Source: Phoronis australis
Taxonomy: Eukaryota > Animalia > Phoronida
DNA: 64,000 bases
Assembly (NCBI GenBank): GCA_002633005.1
Contig: NMRA01000230.1
Span: forward strand, 187,453 to 251,452
Direction of reading: 5' to 3'
Every line of letters begins with the position of its first letter. Position 1 is the first letter of the stretch. The position numbers and the translations under genes are program-made. Positions 50,701 to 64,000 of this stretch are shown here, piece after piece. The notes under the pieces are model-generated. The model ran no database searches, was not told where the DNA came from, and worked only from the letters and a program-made list of their open reading frames with translations.

Positions 50701-53700
50701 TAGGTCTAGCAGTGGGCTATTGTCAACAATTTTTTTCATGATGCTGTTTTCAAACTTTTTAAGATTCCTTGGTTAATGTAACATAGTCATTTATAAGGAA
50801 GGTTTTGTCTCATTTCAAGTCACTCAAAATTAAAACAAGACATCTTTGATAGTTACCAAGTAGTAATACCATCAGAAAACTGAGAATAATTTTCTTTACT
50901 CTAAACAGCAAGCACCGTATCTATCAAAAAACTGACAGCAGTGTCCAGTAACACTAAGCGGAATGTGTAGTGGTCATCAGAAATGAAGTTTGCCAGAACA
51001 CGGTCACTTTTTGGGGCCCTGATTTTCCACGATAATAGAAAATGAGACGAGAGTTCATGGAATATGCCTTCTCTCTCGGAATTGTAGGGTTTGAGTGGAA
51101 TTTTCGTTCATAGATACTTTCGTGATTCTAATATTATTGGGGTTGTAATTACCAAATCTTGAAAGTTTAATCCATCAAATTCCACGATTTTGACTTCATT
51201 CAACAACTGTCTTGCCACATACATGTTCAGATAGCAGGCACTGCTCTTTTTGCCAATTTTGAGAAACGTTATTGCCAGTTGAAATAATAACATGTTACAA
51301 GTGGTTTCTTCAGTGCAGAAATTTCTGCTCGGAATTCCAGCGCAGAAATTTCTGCGCAGCAGAATTCCAGCGCTGAAATTTCTGAGCAGCAGAATTCCAG
51401 TGCAGAAATTTCTGCACAGCAGAATTCCAGCGCTGAAATTTCTGCGCAGCAGAATTCCAGTGCAGAAATTTCTGCGCAGCAGAATTCCAGTGCAGAAATT
51501 TTTGCGCAGCAGAATTCCAGTGCAGAAATTTCTGTGTTGGAATTGTGCACAGAAATTTCGGCACATGATACAAGAGAGGGCTGAAATGCAATAGAATATA
51601 TCAATTTTTAAGCCAAAATGATGGAAATCCAGGCGAAGAAAAAATCTGCATCTTTTCAAGCACAAAAAGGGAATGAGTGGAAATTCCCTTTTTAAAATGG
51701 AAAGTGTTTTAAATAGAACATGCAATATGTTATTGGCACAACGGAGCAGTAGCATTATTCAACTGAGGGAGTTAGGTGTTACTTTGAGTATCTATTTCTC
51801 ACTTAGAAATAGTAAAGCAGTATTTGCTAAGGGCTGTTCCAGTAAAATCTGTATGGGAGGGGGGAAGGCACCTTTTTTCGCATGTTTTTCATTTATTTCT
51901 TCAGCCTACCACCCGTAATTTTTTATAAGTTTGAAATGCAACCACCCGTAATTTTTTTTGTTCTTGTGGTTGACTGCACAGGCGCTTGAGTTTATCTGTT
52001 CCTCCATCACCACTAATGTCATTCATTACTAAGAAAACGTATGTTTCTTATATATGGTTATTAGCCATCCAGAAATTCGAGCACCTGTGGTTAACTGGTG
52101 TTATGGGCAAGCCGATGAGGAGATCGGAGGGAGTGAAAAAGTCGGAGCTTTTTGCAAGTTGCATTTTTGTTTCAGTTTTTGATTCTGAATTTAAATCAAA
52201 CGCAACCACCCATAAATTTTTATTTCAGTTGCCTTCCCCCCCACACAGATTTTGCTGGAACAGCCCTAATTTACGCAACAAAAAATACAAAATCAGGGCC
52301 TGTGCACGTTCTAGTTGTAACATCCAACTGCTGGGTTATTTGTTAGGTTTGGCTGTAAAATTATACGTGGTGGATGAGTTTGGTAAGCTTAAGCCACCGG
52401 AATCAGACATGGAACGTAAACAGAGATACATTTCTATCTGTGTTTTATTTGGTGGACTTGCTTTTCAGTATTGTGTTATCAGGCTCGTCATCGATCAAAC
52501 CACTGCAATGCTAAAGAGGGTAACCCGTTTGGACCGTTCTGGGACAAGTTTGATATCGAGTTTGACAAGTCTGAGTTTTACGCGCCACTGTATTTTGACA
52601 CTTCGTCCCCTCGTACTAAGGAACAGTGGGACCGCAGGTAGATTTAATTTTTCATAGTGCATTTATGATTTTTATGAAGGAACTAAAAAAGTTACATAAA
52701 AGCAAAAAAGAAATGTTTCAAAAAGCTCTAAAAATGTTTTTGAGATTTTATCTTGGACATTTATATCAAAGGAAGTTTGGCCATGTTATTGATGCTGAAG
52801 TCACGTGACCCAATTAATGTCAGAAAGTAATACACCAATTCTACAGGTTCCCCCCAGAGAAGTACCCTGTGCTAGCGTTCGTCGGTGCCCCTGCCTCGTT
52901 CCCTGTTGAGCTTCACAACGAGCCCCTTCAGGCTCACCTCCAGTGGTCAGGTGAGATACAGAGACTGGCTCAGAACTACATCACGCGGGAGATTAGGAAG
53001 CCCTTTGTGGCTGTTCACTTCCGGCGTGGCTCCGACTTTGTAAGTTGTGTGTTTTTTACTGATTTTATATTCATATATTTTGTTAATTTCGATATTTGGC
53101 TACCACAACTATTTTTAAAATTTTCAATCATTTGTTATTGCCTGCTCCCAATGTGTCAGTCAGTACTTTTCTTTGCTTGATGAAAGCACCAATGTCTGTG
53201 TTTCATTTGCTTAAACTCTCACAGTGTGTTTAGTTATACCTAAGACTAACTGACAGTACATTGTTTGGGCCGAAAAAAGAAAAACGTTGATTATGGTCTC
53301 TGTTCTTTTGAAGAAAAAAGAAAAACGTTGATTATGGTCTCTGTTCTTTTGAAGAAAAAAGAAAAACGTTGATTATGATCTCTGTTCTTTTGAAAATCTA
53401 GTCGTTGGTACAGCATTTTTGGGTTTGTGTTAATTGGCAAAGCATGAGACTTTATTGTTTTCTCCTTCTCAGCATAACAAGGAGTACCCAGTTTGAGAGC
53501 TACTTGTGTGGCGGAAATGGGAAATAAAATTCTTTCCTTGACTTGTTTGAGAATTTTAATCAACATTTTTTACACTAGAGGGATGGTATGCAAGAGGTAT
53601 TGTGATGCAGAAATGTGCCTGGGAGAGGGGAGTGCTGCAGGTGCTGTGGTTCTGAAGATCAGGAAAATCATCTTTATGGAATAGAAAATGAGACTTTTTA

Positions 53701-55310
53701 ATTAATATAATGCAAAACTTCTTTGTGATTGCAGATATTTTAAATTTTTTGGCTAATTAAAAATTATTCTGACTTATTCTATATTGATTAAATATCACAA
53801 TTACAAAATCTGTATATTGCCCCCTCTTTTGGCTAAATTTGGGCCAAAATATTGTTTGAGACTTTTGAGGAATTACATTTCACATGAGAATGACTGTGTT
53901 AAGTATCATTTATTGAGAGACGTCTGCCAGAAAGAGAGCGTCTTTTACACTTTTCAAAATGTTAATACTGATAACCAATCCTAATGTGTTAATTCTGTAC
54001 ATATAATTAAATTGATTATGTCACCCATTCCACTCACTCAACAGGAGAACGCGTGTCGTCACGCTAAAGACAGTCCCCTGCTGTTCTCAGCGCGCCAGTG
54101 CCTGGGACCTAACAAAGAATATGGTGTAGTGACCAAGGAACTGTGTTACCCCTCGGACGACACTATCATTAATCAGCTGAGAGACACGGTGCAGAAGGTG
54201 GGGGCTAAGTCAGTGTACATCGCTACGGACTCGGACACCATGATGGATAAATTGAAGATTGTATTTGACCCTCTTAATGTAAGTGTGTGATAGATGGGGT
54301 GGGGCATGGTGTCATTATGTACGAGCTGTTTCACACTTTCAAGCCGAGTGTATCTTGTTGGGAGGGGGGGGGGGGTGAGCTGCCACGTAAATTACTGATT
54401 CACACTCTATAATGGATCGACCCTTCTAGGTAGGCGTACAATTTTTGGGCTGGGGTAAAGTTACTTGAGGAACATCCTTGACCCTGTCAAGGTTTGTGGG
54501 CGATACAGGGGATGGGGCTGTATGTTTGACCACCTCGAGGTAGGTGTACAATACAGGGGGCTGGGGTGAAGTCATTTTATTAACATATTTGACCCTCTAG
54601 ATGTTGTTTACTGGACCAATTGATGTGTCATTTCTGCTTATTTGCCTAATTAATATTTTTCTTTTTTTCAATTCTCCTTGAAAAAACTTTTTTGTTGTGA
54701 CTATGTTACTGAGCCGTTCAATCTTTCGTATTCCTTACTGTGATATGATTCTGTTTCCATTGTGCAAGTAAAAGACATAAAATTCAAATTTTAGACAGCT
54801 ATGGAGTGAAATGCCACTTTAAGTTTCGTCGGGTGTTGTATCACATGCATTAGAGCACGCCCAGTATTTTCTATGGGGATTAAATGTTTGAAATGGGTCA
54901 ACAACTATAATGGTAATTATTGTGTACTTTTTGTTTTTAACAATTTTTATTTTAAGTTCAGTGCTGTTACAATGGAGCACTCAAAACACATCTACCTTGT
55001 CATTGTTGAGTTCTGTATTGTACTTTTATTTCAAATTGCTACATAATTCTTTCTTCCTTGAATTACAAACAGCCATTGCAAGATTTTGGCATTTTTTATT
55101 TGGCGTCTTATTTCTTTCACCCTCCAGGTTAAACTCGTCGAGGGTATCAGCAGTTCACCCCATATTGACCTGTGCATTCTGGGACAGGCTGATCACTTCA
55201 TCGGCAACTGCGTCTCATCATTCACTGCGTTCGTTAAACGGGAACGTGATGTCAAGAGGAAGCCCAGCTCGTTCTGGGGGTTCTCTCCTAACGTTCACCG
55301 CGAGTTATAA
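47721..55310 (+). CDS. POFUT1: GDP-fucose protein O-fucosyltransferase 1, 374 aa. Exons 47721-47823, 50048-50166, 50529-50652, 52469-52637, 52847-53039, 54045-54278, 55128-55310
   Basis: Signal peptide, [86 protein letters not shown], and C-terminal KDEL-like HREL. Exons join in frame (1125 nt). Confidence 0.96.
48961..49383. repeat. 30-bp minisatellite x about 14 (POFUT1 intron 1)
   Basis: caaatacgacccaccacagaccatagtgtc units. It explains the repetitive ORFs in several frames. Confidence 0.95.
49511..50020. mobile_element. MITE family B copy (longer internal sequence)
   Basis: Perfect TIR cagggcttggaat...attccaagccctg. Flanks aggatc/agtatc. Confidence 0.75.
51311..51560. repeat. 30-bp minisatellite x about 8 with internal palindrome
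   Basis: gcagaattccagtgcagaaatttctgcgca units, containing the 14-bp palindrome gcagaaatttctgc. Confidence 0.9.
53272..53394. repeat. 41-bp tandem repeat x3
   Basis: aaaaaagaaaaacgttgattatggtctctgttcttttgaag units. Confidence 0.9.
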
Positions 55311-58105
55311 CATTGGAATGTGTCTGTAGAGTGTTCTGGTGACGTGGAACAGTTATCCTTTGGAAAAAAATCTTGTTTTCAGCTCCAGACGACAGTTTCC
55401 AATTCCAGATATCAGTCTTATGTTAGACTTTTTAAGCGTTCCCATGGTATTTTGTGCAGTGTCATGACTCACATGCCAATTATCTACGATCACGTTTTAA
55501 GGAGTTGCTAAAACCAAATGGAACTACCCTCATTAATGGGTGCTAGAGAACCAAAATCTAACTCCTCTATTTCGTCTAATTTTTATTGCATTTCTTTTGA
55601 TAGATAATGACCCAAACCTAATTGTTCACGAGGAATTCAACTTGAGAAACCAAATATTTCGAAAAAACGCCAGTTTTGGTCCAGCATATAATAATTTATT
55701 TTACCCTGTGTTTCATTGCCCATGAAGTCATCGTTGAATCAGTAAATGCTTTGCTCTACACAAAAGGTCTTAGATCAGTTTTCCCGATAAGTACATTTCT
55801 TCATGAATGCGGTTCGTATACATATGCACTGATGAAGTACAAGATGCCATGATATGGCCAAGTTTTTAATGTTTAACACGCAGCTGGTGCTTTCTATTGT
55901 TGTAAGTCCTGCTCAGTTCTTGTTCCTTGTGACTGACTCAATGTCCACCAGGTGGTGCTAGTTTATAAAGGTCCCTCTTCACATCTAAATGGATTGAGAG
56001 CAGAAAGCAGTTCATCATTTGTGTGGTAAAGGGCAAATGTGATTTACCTGAATGCAGGTATTTCTAGTTGAAGGTCTTTGCTTTACTTGCAACACCTGGT
56101 GGATGTCAAGTTCTCCATTTGTGTATCTATGCTGGAATTAATTTGTGATCTGCCCAAAATACTATTTATGGACATGTGGGAATTTGTTGATATATTTTTG
56201 TCAGAGATGTAAAATTGAGTTCACTTACCATAAGTAAAGAACTTAATTTGTTTAGCGCATAGTTCAGTTGCGAATATTTTCTTTGTCTTGATTTTGACCG
56301 AATCTGTACTATTCCAGTGGTTTTCTTTCCTGGACATTGGGTTGAGTTATGCAAACATATCGTAAATATGCACAGCCACGGAACCTTGCTTTTCATTGAG
56401 GTTGAAATGTTATTTGTTAGACCCACTAGTGACTTATTTTTATATGTTCATGTTGACCTATGCACAATTATTTAGAGTGACATCTGGTGGCAAACAGGCA
56501 TGTGCCTAAACCTGTACAGTTAATGCAATAATGCAAACATGAAGGGACTGTTTTCAATGGCAATTTTTGTAGTAAAAGTGATCTAGTTAGGTAAAGTGGT
56601 CAAAGCAATGTTTAACTATGAACACGTTCGGTATTTTTTTATTTGTGACCAATTCTATAATTTACATAATTCTATTTTTCAGAGGCTTACCACATTGTTG
56701 GTAAAAGCGAAATAAATTTTCCTGACAGTTATTTTTGTTCAGAAATGTGACAAAACAAAACTTCACCTGTGCGCTATATTGAAGAATTTTTACTGTAGCT
56801 TGTTATGGATTTTGAGGTACACAGTGTACATTCTTAACCAGAAGATGGCTGAAATTTTTCTTTTTTGGCTGTCAATCAATTCGCATGTTATTCTTCAATT
56901 TGAGACTTTGAGGAATCTGAAGCAATCGTTCTTAAATATTTTGCTATTGCCTCTCCAGTATTACTCCAGTGTTATTATTATTATTATCATTATTATTATT
57001 ATATGGCTGCCTGACTGTGTAGTAGAATCTTTTAGTTTAGAGCTTTTACATAGAAAATGCATACCTGCCATTCTACACAGTCTAAGTACTAAGTAACAAT
57101 ACTGTTTAAGGTATATTGGGTGCTGTTCAGGTAATATGGCTGTTGTCTTGGGACATCCTGTTTCGATCCTTGCCAAATGCCAAGAGGTTTTGCGATTGTC
57201 ACAAAAATTTGAGTCTGTAAATTAGGTCGAGTTAACATATCTTGTTTTCGTGTTATTTTTTGATGTCATAAACTGCTCCTGCACTTGGTGGCCATTTTAT
57301 GCGCTGAAACAGCATTCAATACAATTTTAAAGTGAGTATGTCTCAGGTGTAGCTGTATAAGTGGTGTATTTGCCTGATTGAACTGTCTCAAACGTGTTTT
57401 ATGTTAGGTTGAAATTATCTTGTTTTTGTCCTTCGAAGGCATTGCAGTCTGGCTTTTAATTAAATTCCCCACGCAGCACTCGGTCAAGTTGAAATTGTAA
57501 ACTTTAAACTGGAATAATTATATATCAAGGCATGAGCAGCAAACCATACTTAAAGTGATTGATCTATCGCCAGCATTTTGAGTGACGGATTAACTGACCA
57601 ATCAGAACGCAGCATTCTTGGCACACCTTTGTTTCCAAGCCGCCATTTTATCCAACAAACAACACGTTGTCAGGTAAAACTTGTTGTTTGGCAGAGCTTG
57701 CGATAGGTCAATTAATGAGCTCCATTTGGTCCATGGTGTTGCCGTGTGCAATTTAAATACTGATTCGTGGTCAGTAAAGAACAAGCCCAAGGGGTTCCAT
57801 CCAAAACATGGATCAAAACAAAGGTGATCATAGATGGCGCTGCATGGGATTTAAAGAATAGCTACTGACAGACTCTGTTCTTTTGGTGAAACACTTCCTG
57901 GAAAGATTGCCTTCGGAGGCTGATAGAGCATTGATATCAATTAATGTTTTAAAGTTGTTTTGTAATTAGTTTGTGAAGTATTTTTAAGGCAAGAGTATAA
58001 TATGAGCATAATGGCTTGTAATCTGACTATGCATGATTTTATCCTTGTTATATTGAATGTTGACCTACCATATAGTTTACATTGTTTATAGGTTACATTA
58101 ATAAC

Positions 58106-60169
58106 TGGAGTTGAACAGTTTAGCCATAATTCAGTGCGTGTCTTTTTTACTTATGTCCTGCATACATTGTAGCAGTGCACAGAATAATTGTCTCCTTTTC
58201 AGTATTACTTGAAATTTCAATACATGTATATTTGTTGAGAAAATAAAAATTGCATTTACCAGGCTCCTATCTTTGATCTAGCCTGGGCTCAACAGAAGGG
58301 ATTTCCAGGATTTCAGATTTATTTATTTATGGGTCTTAAAACACTTTTCTAATACTACGGCTTTTTATGTTGACATTGGTTAATTCTGATAATGGAACTT
58401 CTTGGACCAAGTGATATTCTCTTCTCCCGGCAACTTATCACAACGACCGTGTGTTGCTATTCCAACTTGCAATTTAGAGTGGACAAGTTTATTACAAACT
58501 ACAAGTGGTCATGTTTTAAAGTACCCTCCCTCTATGTTAAATTGCTTTCCTTTCTTTGCATTCGTCAATTTAGAACACAAAATGAGTTTCATCAATTGAA
58601 GTCATATCAATTGGATATGGATATTTCACTAAATTGTAACCTTGTATAAATTTTCGATTTTTATTAACAATTTTTTCTCTTAAAAAATTATTCAACATCG
58701 CCGTGCAATCATTGAGCAGTGCATCATCAAAAATCTTACTGTATGTTTTAACTCAGCTGCATTTCGTCATATTTAGCCAGAAAATTAAACCTTCTATCCT
58801 GAAATGGGTACCTTGATGCTACCGTATTGTCAACTTTAAACTTCATTTTGAGTGCCAATTTCTGGGGAAAAAACCGTGACAAAAAATTCCAGACACTTAG
58901 TCGATAGAAATAAAGAGAACGTGTGCGTTCCTTATGTGGAGGTCTCCGTTAATTTTCATTATGTTCATGATAAAAAATCAAGACTTTCCTGAAAGCACGG
59001 TCACGCCGCAAATACAAATTCTAGGCACTTGAATCATTTGTGGCGAGTGAAAGTTTCTGCGACCACTAGGGATTTTGAAAATCTTTCCAATTCCTGTGAA
59101 TTGGTGTATTCAGAAACTATCGATTGCCACGNTGGAGTTGAACAGTTTAGCCATAATTCAGTGCGTGTCTTTTTTACTTATGTCCTGCATACATTGTAGC
59201 AGTGCACAGAATAATTGTCTCCTTTTCAGTATTACTTGAAATTTCAATACATGTATATTTGTTGAGAAAATAAAAATTGCATTTACCAGGCTCCTATCTT
59301 TGATCTAGCCTGGGCTCAACAGAAGGGATTTTCAGGATTTCAGATTTATTTATTTATGGGTCTTAAAACACTTTTCTAATACTACGGCTTTTTATGTTGA
59401 CATTGGTTAATTCTGATAATGGAACTTCTTGGACCAAGTGATATTCTCTTCTCCGGGCAACTTATCACAACGACCGTGTGTTGCTATTCCAACTTGCAAT
59501 TTAGAGTGGACAAGTTTATTACAAACTACAAGTGGTCATGTTTTAAAGTACCCTCCCTCTATGTTAAAATTGCTTTCCTTTCTTTGCATTCATCAATTTA
59601 GAACACAAAATGAGTTTCATCAATTGAAGTCATATCAATTGGATATGGATATTTCACTAAATTGTAACCTTGTATAAATTTTCGATTTTTATTAACAATT
59701 TTTTCTCTTAAAAAATTATTCAACATCGCCGTGCAATCATTGCGCAGTGCATCATCAAAAATCTTACTGTATGTTTTGACTCAGCTGCATTTCGTCATAT
59801 TTAGCCAGAAAATTAAACCTTCTATCCTGAAATGGGTACCTTGATGCTACCGTATTGTCAACTTTAAACTTCATGTTGAGTGCCAATTTCTGGGGAAAAA
59901 AACGTGACAAAAAATTCCAGACACTTAGTCGATAGAAATACAGAGAACGTGTGCGTTCCTTATGGAGCCGGGGTCTCCGTCAACGGTTAATTTTCATTAT
60001 GTTCATGATAAAAAATCAAGACTTTCCTGAAAGCACGGTCACGCCGCAAATACAAATTCTAGGCACTTGAATCATTTGTGGCGAGTGAAAGTTTCTGCGA
60101 CCATTAGGGATTTTGAAAATCTTTCCAATTCCTGTGAATTGGTGTATTCAGAAACTGTCGATTGCCACG
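58106..60169. repeat. About 1.03-kb tandem duplication joined by N (59132), probably an assembly artefact
   Basis: 58106-59131 is nearly identical to 59133-60169. Confidence 0.9.
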
Positions 60170-60997
60170 GTCGTAACTTCGGTTGCGGTTGGGCGATTTT
60201 GGCGATTCAAAAACTAAACATGATCACCATTTGACGAAGATTTCAGAAATGCTATTGGTTTATGTTCAAATGTGTTATAACTTAACTTTGAAGTTTATTT
60301 TTAACAGCAGGCCCCAGTCAGGGTACAATAGGAGGGCTTATTGGAGATATAGAGCAATTATTGAACAAAAGAGAGCTGGCACTCTAGCCATCAATGCCAG
60401 AATAGTCGTCAGATACTGGCTACAGGGGTAAACTTCCCAACTTCTTGTTGGGCTAAAGAATCGAACAAGTTGGGAGTAACGGGAAAGCCCCGTAATGTTT
60501 TTCAACTGTATATGGGGGGGGGGGTATACCAACTCGAAGCGGAACCTAACTTAATTTAAAGCTCGTTGAGTAAATTACGAGAGAGAGAAATTGACAGGAA
60601 GAATATGTAACATGTGGGGGGGTTGATGTACTCAAAATTGTTGAAATACAAACTTATTGTGCAATTAAGTAGCAAATTTTCTACTCATACTTCGTCACTG
60701 AGAGTCGCCTGACTTAATTATTTCAAAAGCACGTCTATTGAATGCGTGTGAATTTCAATCCTACTTTATTTGGGGGGAAATTATTGTCTATAAAAACCTG
60801 AAAGTGTGTGCTGGTGCATTTGGACAACGGTATGAATTGGTAATTATCATAAAGCTAGGTCATTAGTAAGGAAAATTTTGTCAGCCGCCCGGTAAAACTG
60901 AGCTGAGCTTGTTGGTTCCCTTCAAATCAGTCTTTCGATTGTCGCGTGATGTCGCTGTGCACAATCCCCGCTCTCACTAGTTTGAAGATAAGAACGA

Positions 60998-61205
60998 ATG
61001 AGTAGGTCAAGAAGAAATGTTTTGAGCAACACTGGCGCAATGCCGTGGTTAACTCGACACCCATTCAGATATAGCCAAGCCATCGTATGTAAAATCCCGG
61101 ATTCCTTCAAAGATCACGCTTTGAGGTCCAACCCTGATGCCGTGGTTGATCTTGAAAAGGTCAGGAAGCAACATGACAACTATATTGACAGCTTGCGCGC
61201 AGTTG
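60998..61205 (+). CDS. DDAH1: First coding exon of dimethylarginine dimethylaminohydrolase (gene continues beyond the window)
   Basis: FRYSQAIVCKIPDSFKDHALRSNPDAVVDLEKVRKQHDNYIDSLRAVG resembles the DDAH N-terminus (HAVVRALPESLGQHALRS...VDVARAERQHQLY). Ends at donor G|GTAAGT. The start could be Met 60998 or the downstream Met (MPWL). Confidence 0.8.
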
Positions 61206-61249
61206 GTAAGTTTTGATTTTCCGCGACACCAATGGCAATGCTAGCAGGT

Positions 61250-63736
61250 TAAATACTTATTGACGGGTTACGTGTCTGAGTGCTAGTGGTATATAGACAG
61301 AGACCACCGTCTCTAGTTGGCTCCAGTAGAGACGGTGAAGCTCCTGTTGTATTACTGCAGGTTCACTAGGTAGGCCTGTAGCCTGTAGAAGTACTCACCA
61401 GTTAAAACATTCAACCTTCAATGGCTTCAATAAAACCCAATCGAGATGCTCGTCCCTGACGGCCTGATTGAGCAGCCTCCTGCCAGTGGTATGAATAACA
61501 AAAAAAAAAACATCTTGGGAACCATAAAACTTACAAATCACAAAACACTGTAGAAAGATCAAGGACAAATGATGTTGACGATTACAACATTCCCCTCCTC
61601 CCTAAAAAGTGTGGGCTCAACTGGGAATCAACATCATTCGCCAAATACGAAAAACATCTCAAAAATTAACCATATCCCCCTTACCAATAATTAAGCCACT
61701 ACTAAATAGACCAAGAGTGTTAGAATTACAAGGACAGTTCCCGTGGAAGTAGAGAATAACTGTCGTGAACACTGGGATTGTTACGTCAGGCTTTTTATGA
61801 TTCCCTAGTTGGTTGCTACTTGAACCCCTCTTGTGGTCTATTGTTTTGGCCAATTAGGGCCTGCTGGTGTTATTCTGCTGGTCCGCTGGGACCTCGTGGT
61901 CTGCCTCTTTCCGGGGAGAAAACACGTAGTGTTTGCAGTGGTGAAGAGACATCGTATTTGAAGTAGAAGACTTTTGAAGAGTTGTAGAATTGGCTGTAAA
62001 GGTCGCTTTGGGTATCCTGGTGGGAAGGCGTAGTGCTTACTGTGTCAGAAGGGTATAGAGTAGGCAGTGGCCGAAAGACGTGTCACTCACGTGAGTACAG
62101 AAGAAGAAAGACGTTAAAAACATGGCGAGTCCCTGGGCTGACGTAACTACTGGTTACCAGTGAAGCCAGCTCGGGGAGGTTTGCCACATAACGCACATAG
62201 GTTCAATATAGAAGCACCAAAAATAATACAAAAAGTTCAGAATGCCAGCACATCCCAAACACATGAAGTAAATCATAAAAAGAAAACCTAAGCAGGATCC
62301 CAATCCACCCCCCCCTCCCCCCAGGGCGGAAGAGCAGTCACCTAACGTAAAAAGTTTTCACGGACTTGTAGATGCAAAAGGGTATAGAACCCGTGCATTG
62401 CTAGTGGAATTCTCAAAATAAACCGTGCACTACAATGATGCATGTATATTACATTTTGACGGGCTTCGGGTGGAGGCCGGACGGACATTCCAACCCGATG
62501 GGAACGCCTTGGACACAGACCTAAAATGGATAGGTTCAAAGAGAAATGTAACTGACCCTCCACTAAATGTAGGCATCCTGGCAACTGAGACAGACATGGA
62601 AGTACCACACCCAGGTTAATCGGGCACTAGGAATAGATAATAAATAAGGGACTTAGTTGTAGGAAGAAAGTATTAGGTCAATGAAATGGTGTTCAATGAC
62701 ATAACCAAAACACTTCCTAAGCCTAAAATCACCAACTACGAGGACGCAATAAATAAATACCCAAAACCCAAAGGATACACAACCCAGTTAAACCACCAAA
62801 CCAAACAGACCAAGAAATCACTTAGTCACCATACCAGCAACACTCCCCTATCCAACCATCCCCCGGACCTACAGAATGCCCTGGTCAGGAAAAGGTTTTC
62901 AATAAAAGTTGTTGAATACTCCTAGAAAAACCTAACCAGTGCCGACTACGCCAAATGTTGTATTACTACAGGTTCACTAGGTAAGCCTGTAGAAGTACTC
63001 ACCAGTTAAAACAACTACTCAACCTTCAATAAAACCAAATCGAGGTGCTCGTCTTTGACGGCCTGATTGCCTGCTGAAAGACTGTCAGCAGCCTCCCGCC
63101 AGCAGTATAAATAAAAGAAACATCCGGAGAACCATAAAACCGACAAACCACAAGACACCACTGAAAGATCAAGGACGAATGGTGTTGACGATTACAGGGA
63201 TTTCTACAGGAGTAAATTGTGCGTCACTGTGATTATTAGTAAAACAAAGTCACGCTGTACCTTTTACACAATAGCATAGTGGGAAACGTCGTTGCAGTCT
63301 TTAATTTCTTCCAACTGGAACAAATACTCCTGTAATCAAACTTGTTTTCAAGCAGTCCTTCATTCAGTTGCCCAAATTGGCAACTGGCCATTTTTAGCAC
63401 TGAAGGCACTACTGGCAGGCGTGATAAAAATAGGAGCACTCACGCAATATAAAAATTACCAGTTGCAGATTTGGGCTACTGAATGAAAGACTACTCAAAA
63501 AAGTTTGATTCCAGGAGTATTTGTTCGAGTTAGAAAAAATTAAAGACATCGACAGCCTCCTAAGCTATCCCTCTATGCGCAAAAAGTACTTATATAACAA
63601 CGTGACTTTGATGTTTTAATCAGTGTGAGGCATAATTCGCCGAAAAGCTTCACCGTCTCTACTGGGGTCATCTACAGATGGTGGTCACTGTCTATGTGAC
63701 AGTTAGACGTGTGACCTGTCAGTAAATAAGTATTTA
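61250..63736. mobile_element. About 0.63-kb foldback element (arms 61250-61344 plus 63197-63400, and 63430-63736), interrupted by an LTR element
   Basis: taaatacttat...agacagagaccaccgtct...ccagtagagacggtgaagct is the inverse of agcttcaccgtctctactgg...agatggtggtcactgtct...ataagtattta. The palindrome continues after the LTR element (aaagtcacgctgt/acaacgtgacttt, gaacaaatactcctg/caggagtatttgttc). Confidence 0.75.
61345..63196 (-). mobile_element. Non-autonomous LTR retrotransposon (TRIM/LARD-like), LTRs 61345-61589 and 62956-63196
   Basis: About 245-bp direct repeats with TGTTGTA...TACAACA ends. PBS TGGCGTAGTCGGCA (reverse complement of 62940-62953) is complementary to the 3' end of tRNA-Ser (…TGCCGACTACGCCA). 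PPT AGGGAGGAGGGGAA (reverse complement of 61590-61603). No gag/pol ORF inside. Confidence 0.85.
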
Positions 63737-64000
63737 CAGTGGGTGAATGAGTGACAGACCCAATCTGTAATTAATCACTAAGGCCCGAGACAGGCAGGCC
63801 AACCATGCCTAAACTCTGAGTGGCCCTAGGTCTTTTAGGCTTAACCCCTTGGTGGAACTGCTTCGACTTTCAGCACGACACTGTTGCTGTTATTTTTTGT
63901 GCACCTTCAAAATTTTTTTAAAAATTCCCTTTCCCCCAATCCCATGACTTGGCAAAAAGTAACAAAATGTCACAGCCTGGCTTCTAGGTCACCTAGTGTT

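Noticed and set aside
51108-51755. 215-aa minus-strand ORF with [10 protein letters not shown] repeats
   Set aside because: Product of the 30-bp palindromic minisatellite, antisense within a POFUT1 intron.
51986-52657. 223-aa plus-strand ORF
   Set aside because: It overlaps the real POFUT1 exon 52469-52637 in a different frame, and the rest is intron with no recognisable motif.
1-64000. Prokaryotic systems (operons, CRISPR, defence islands) or horizontally transferred genes
   Set aside because: All recognisable genes are intron-containing animal-type genes, and there is no repeat-spacer array or long intronless ORF.

Overview
Eukaryotic (animal, most likely invertebrate) genomic DNA, AT-rich, with spliceosomal introns. 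I assembled five complete + strand genes by hand from splice signals and frame continuity: a secreted group I-like phospholipase A2 (4 exons, 155 aa), XRCC2 (3 exons, 281 aa, with a shortened Walker A), an unrecognised 172-aa secreted precursor, an FMO5-like flavin-containing monooxygenase (8 exons, 531 aa, one GC-AG intron) and POFUT1 (7 exons, 374 aa). The first coding exon of a DDAH gene follows. The main discovery is the 172-aa precursor at 23446-26674, which the ORF track misses because it is split over 5 small exons. It has a signal peptide, then a 60-aa Trp/Arg-rich region (net +19: amphipathic helix plus a 4-Cys module) ending in a G-K-R amidation site, then an 86-aa acidic tail (about -23). 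This is the layout of an antimicrobial or toxin peptide precursor. Introns and intergenic DNA hold several MITE families (5-bp and 6-bp TSDs), a Penelope-like remnant with a hammerhead-ribozyme-like motif, and a 1.85-kb non-autonomous LTR element with a tRNA-Ser PBS nested in a foldback element. There are also mini- and microsatellites and three N-joined tandem duplications that are probably haplotype assembly artefacts. All homology calls come from motif recognition; no searches were run.
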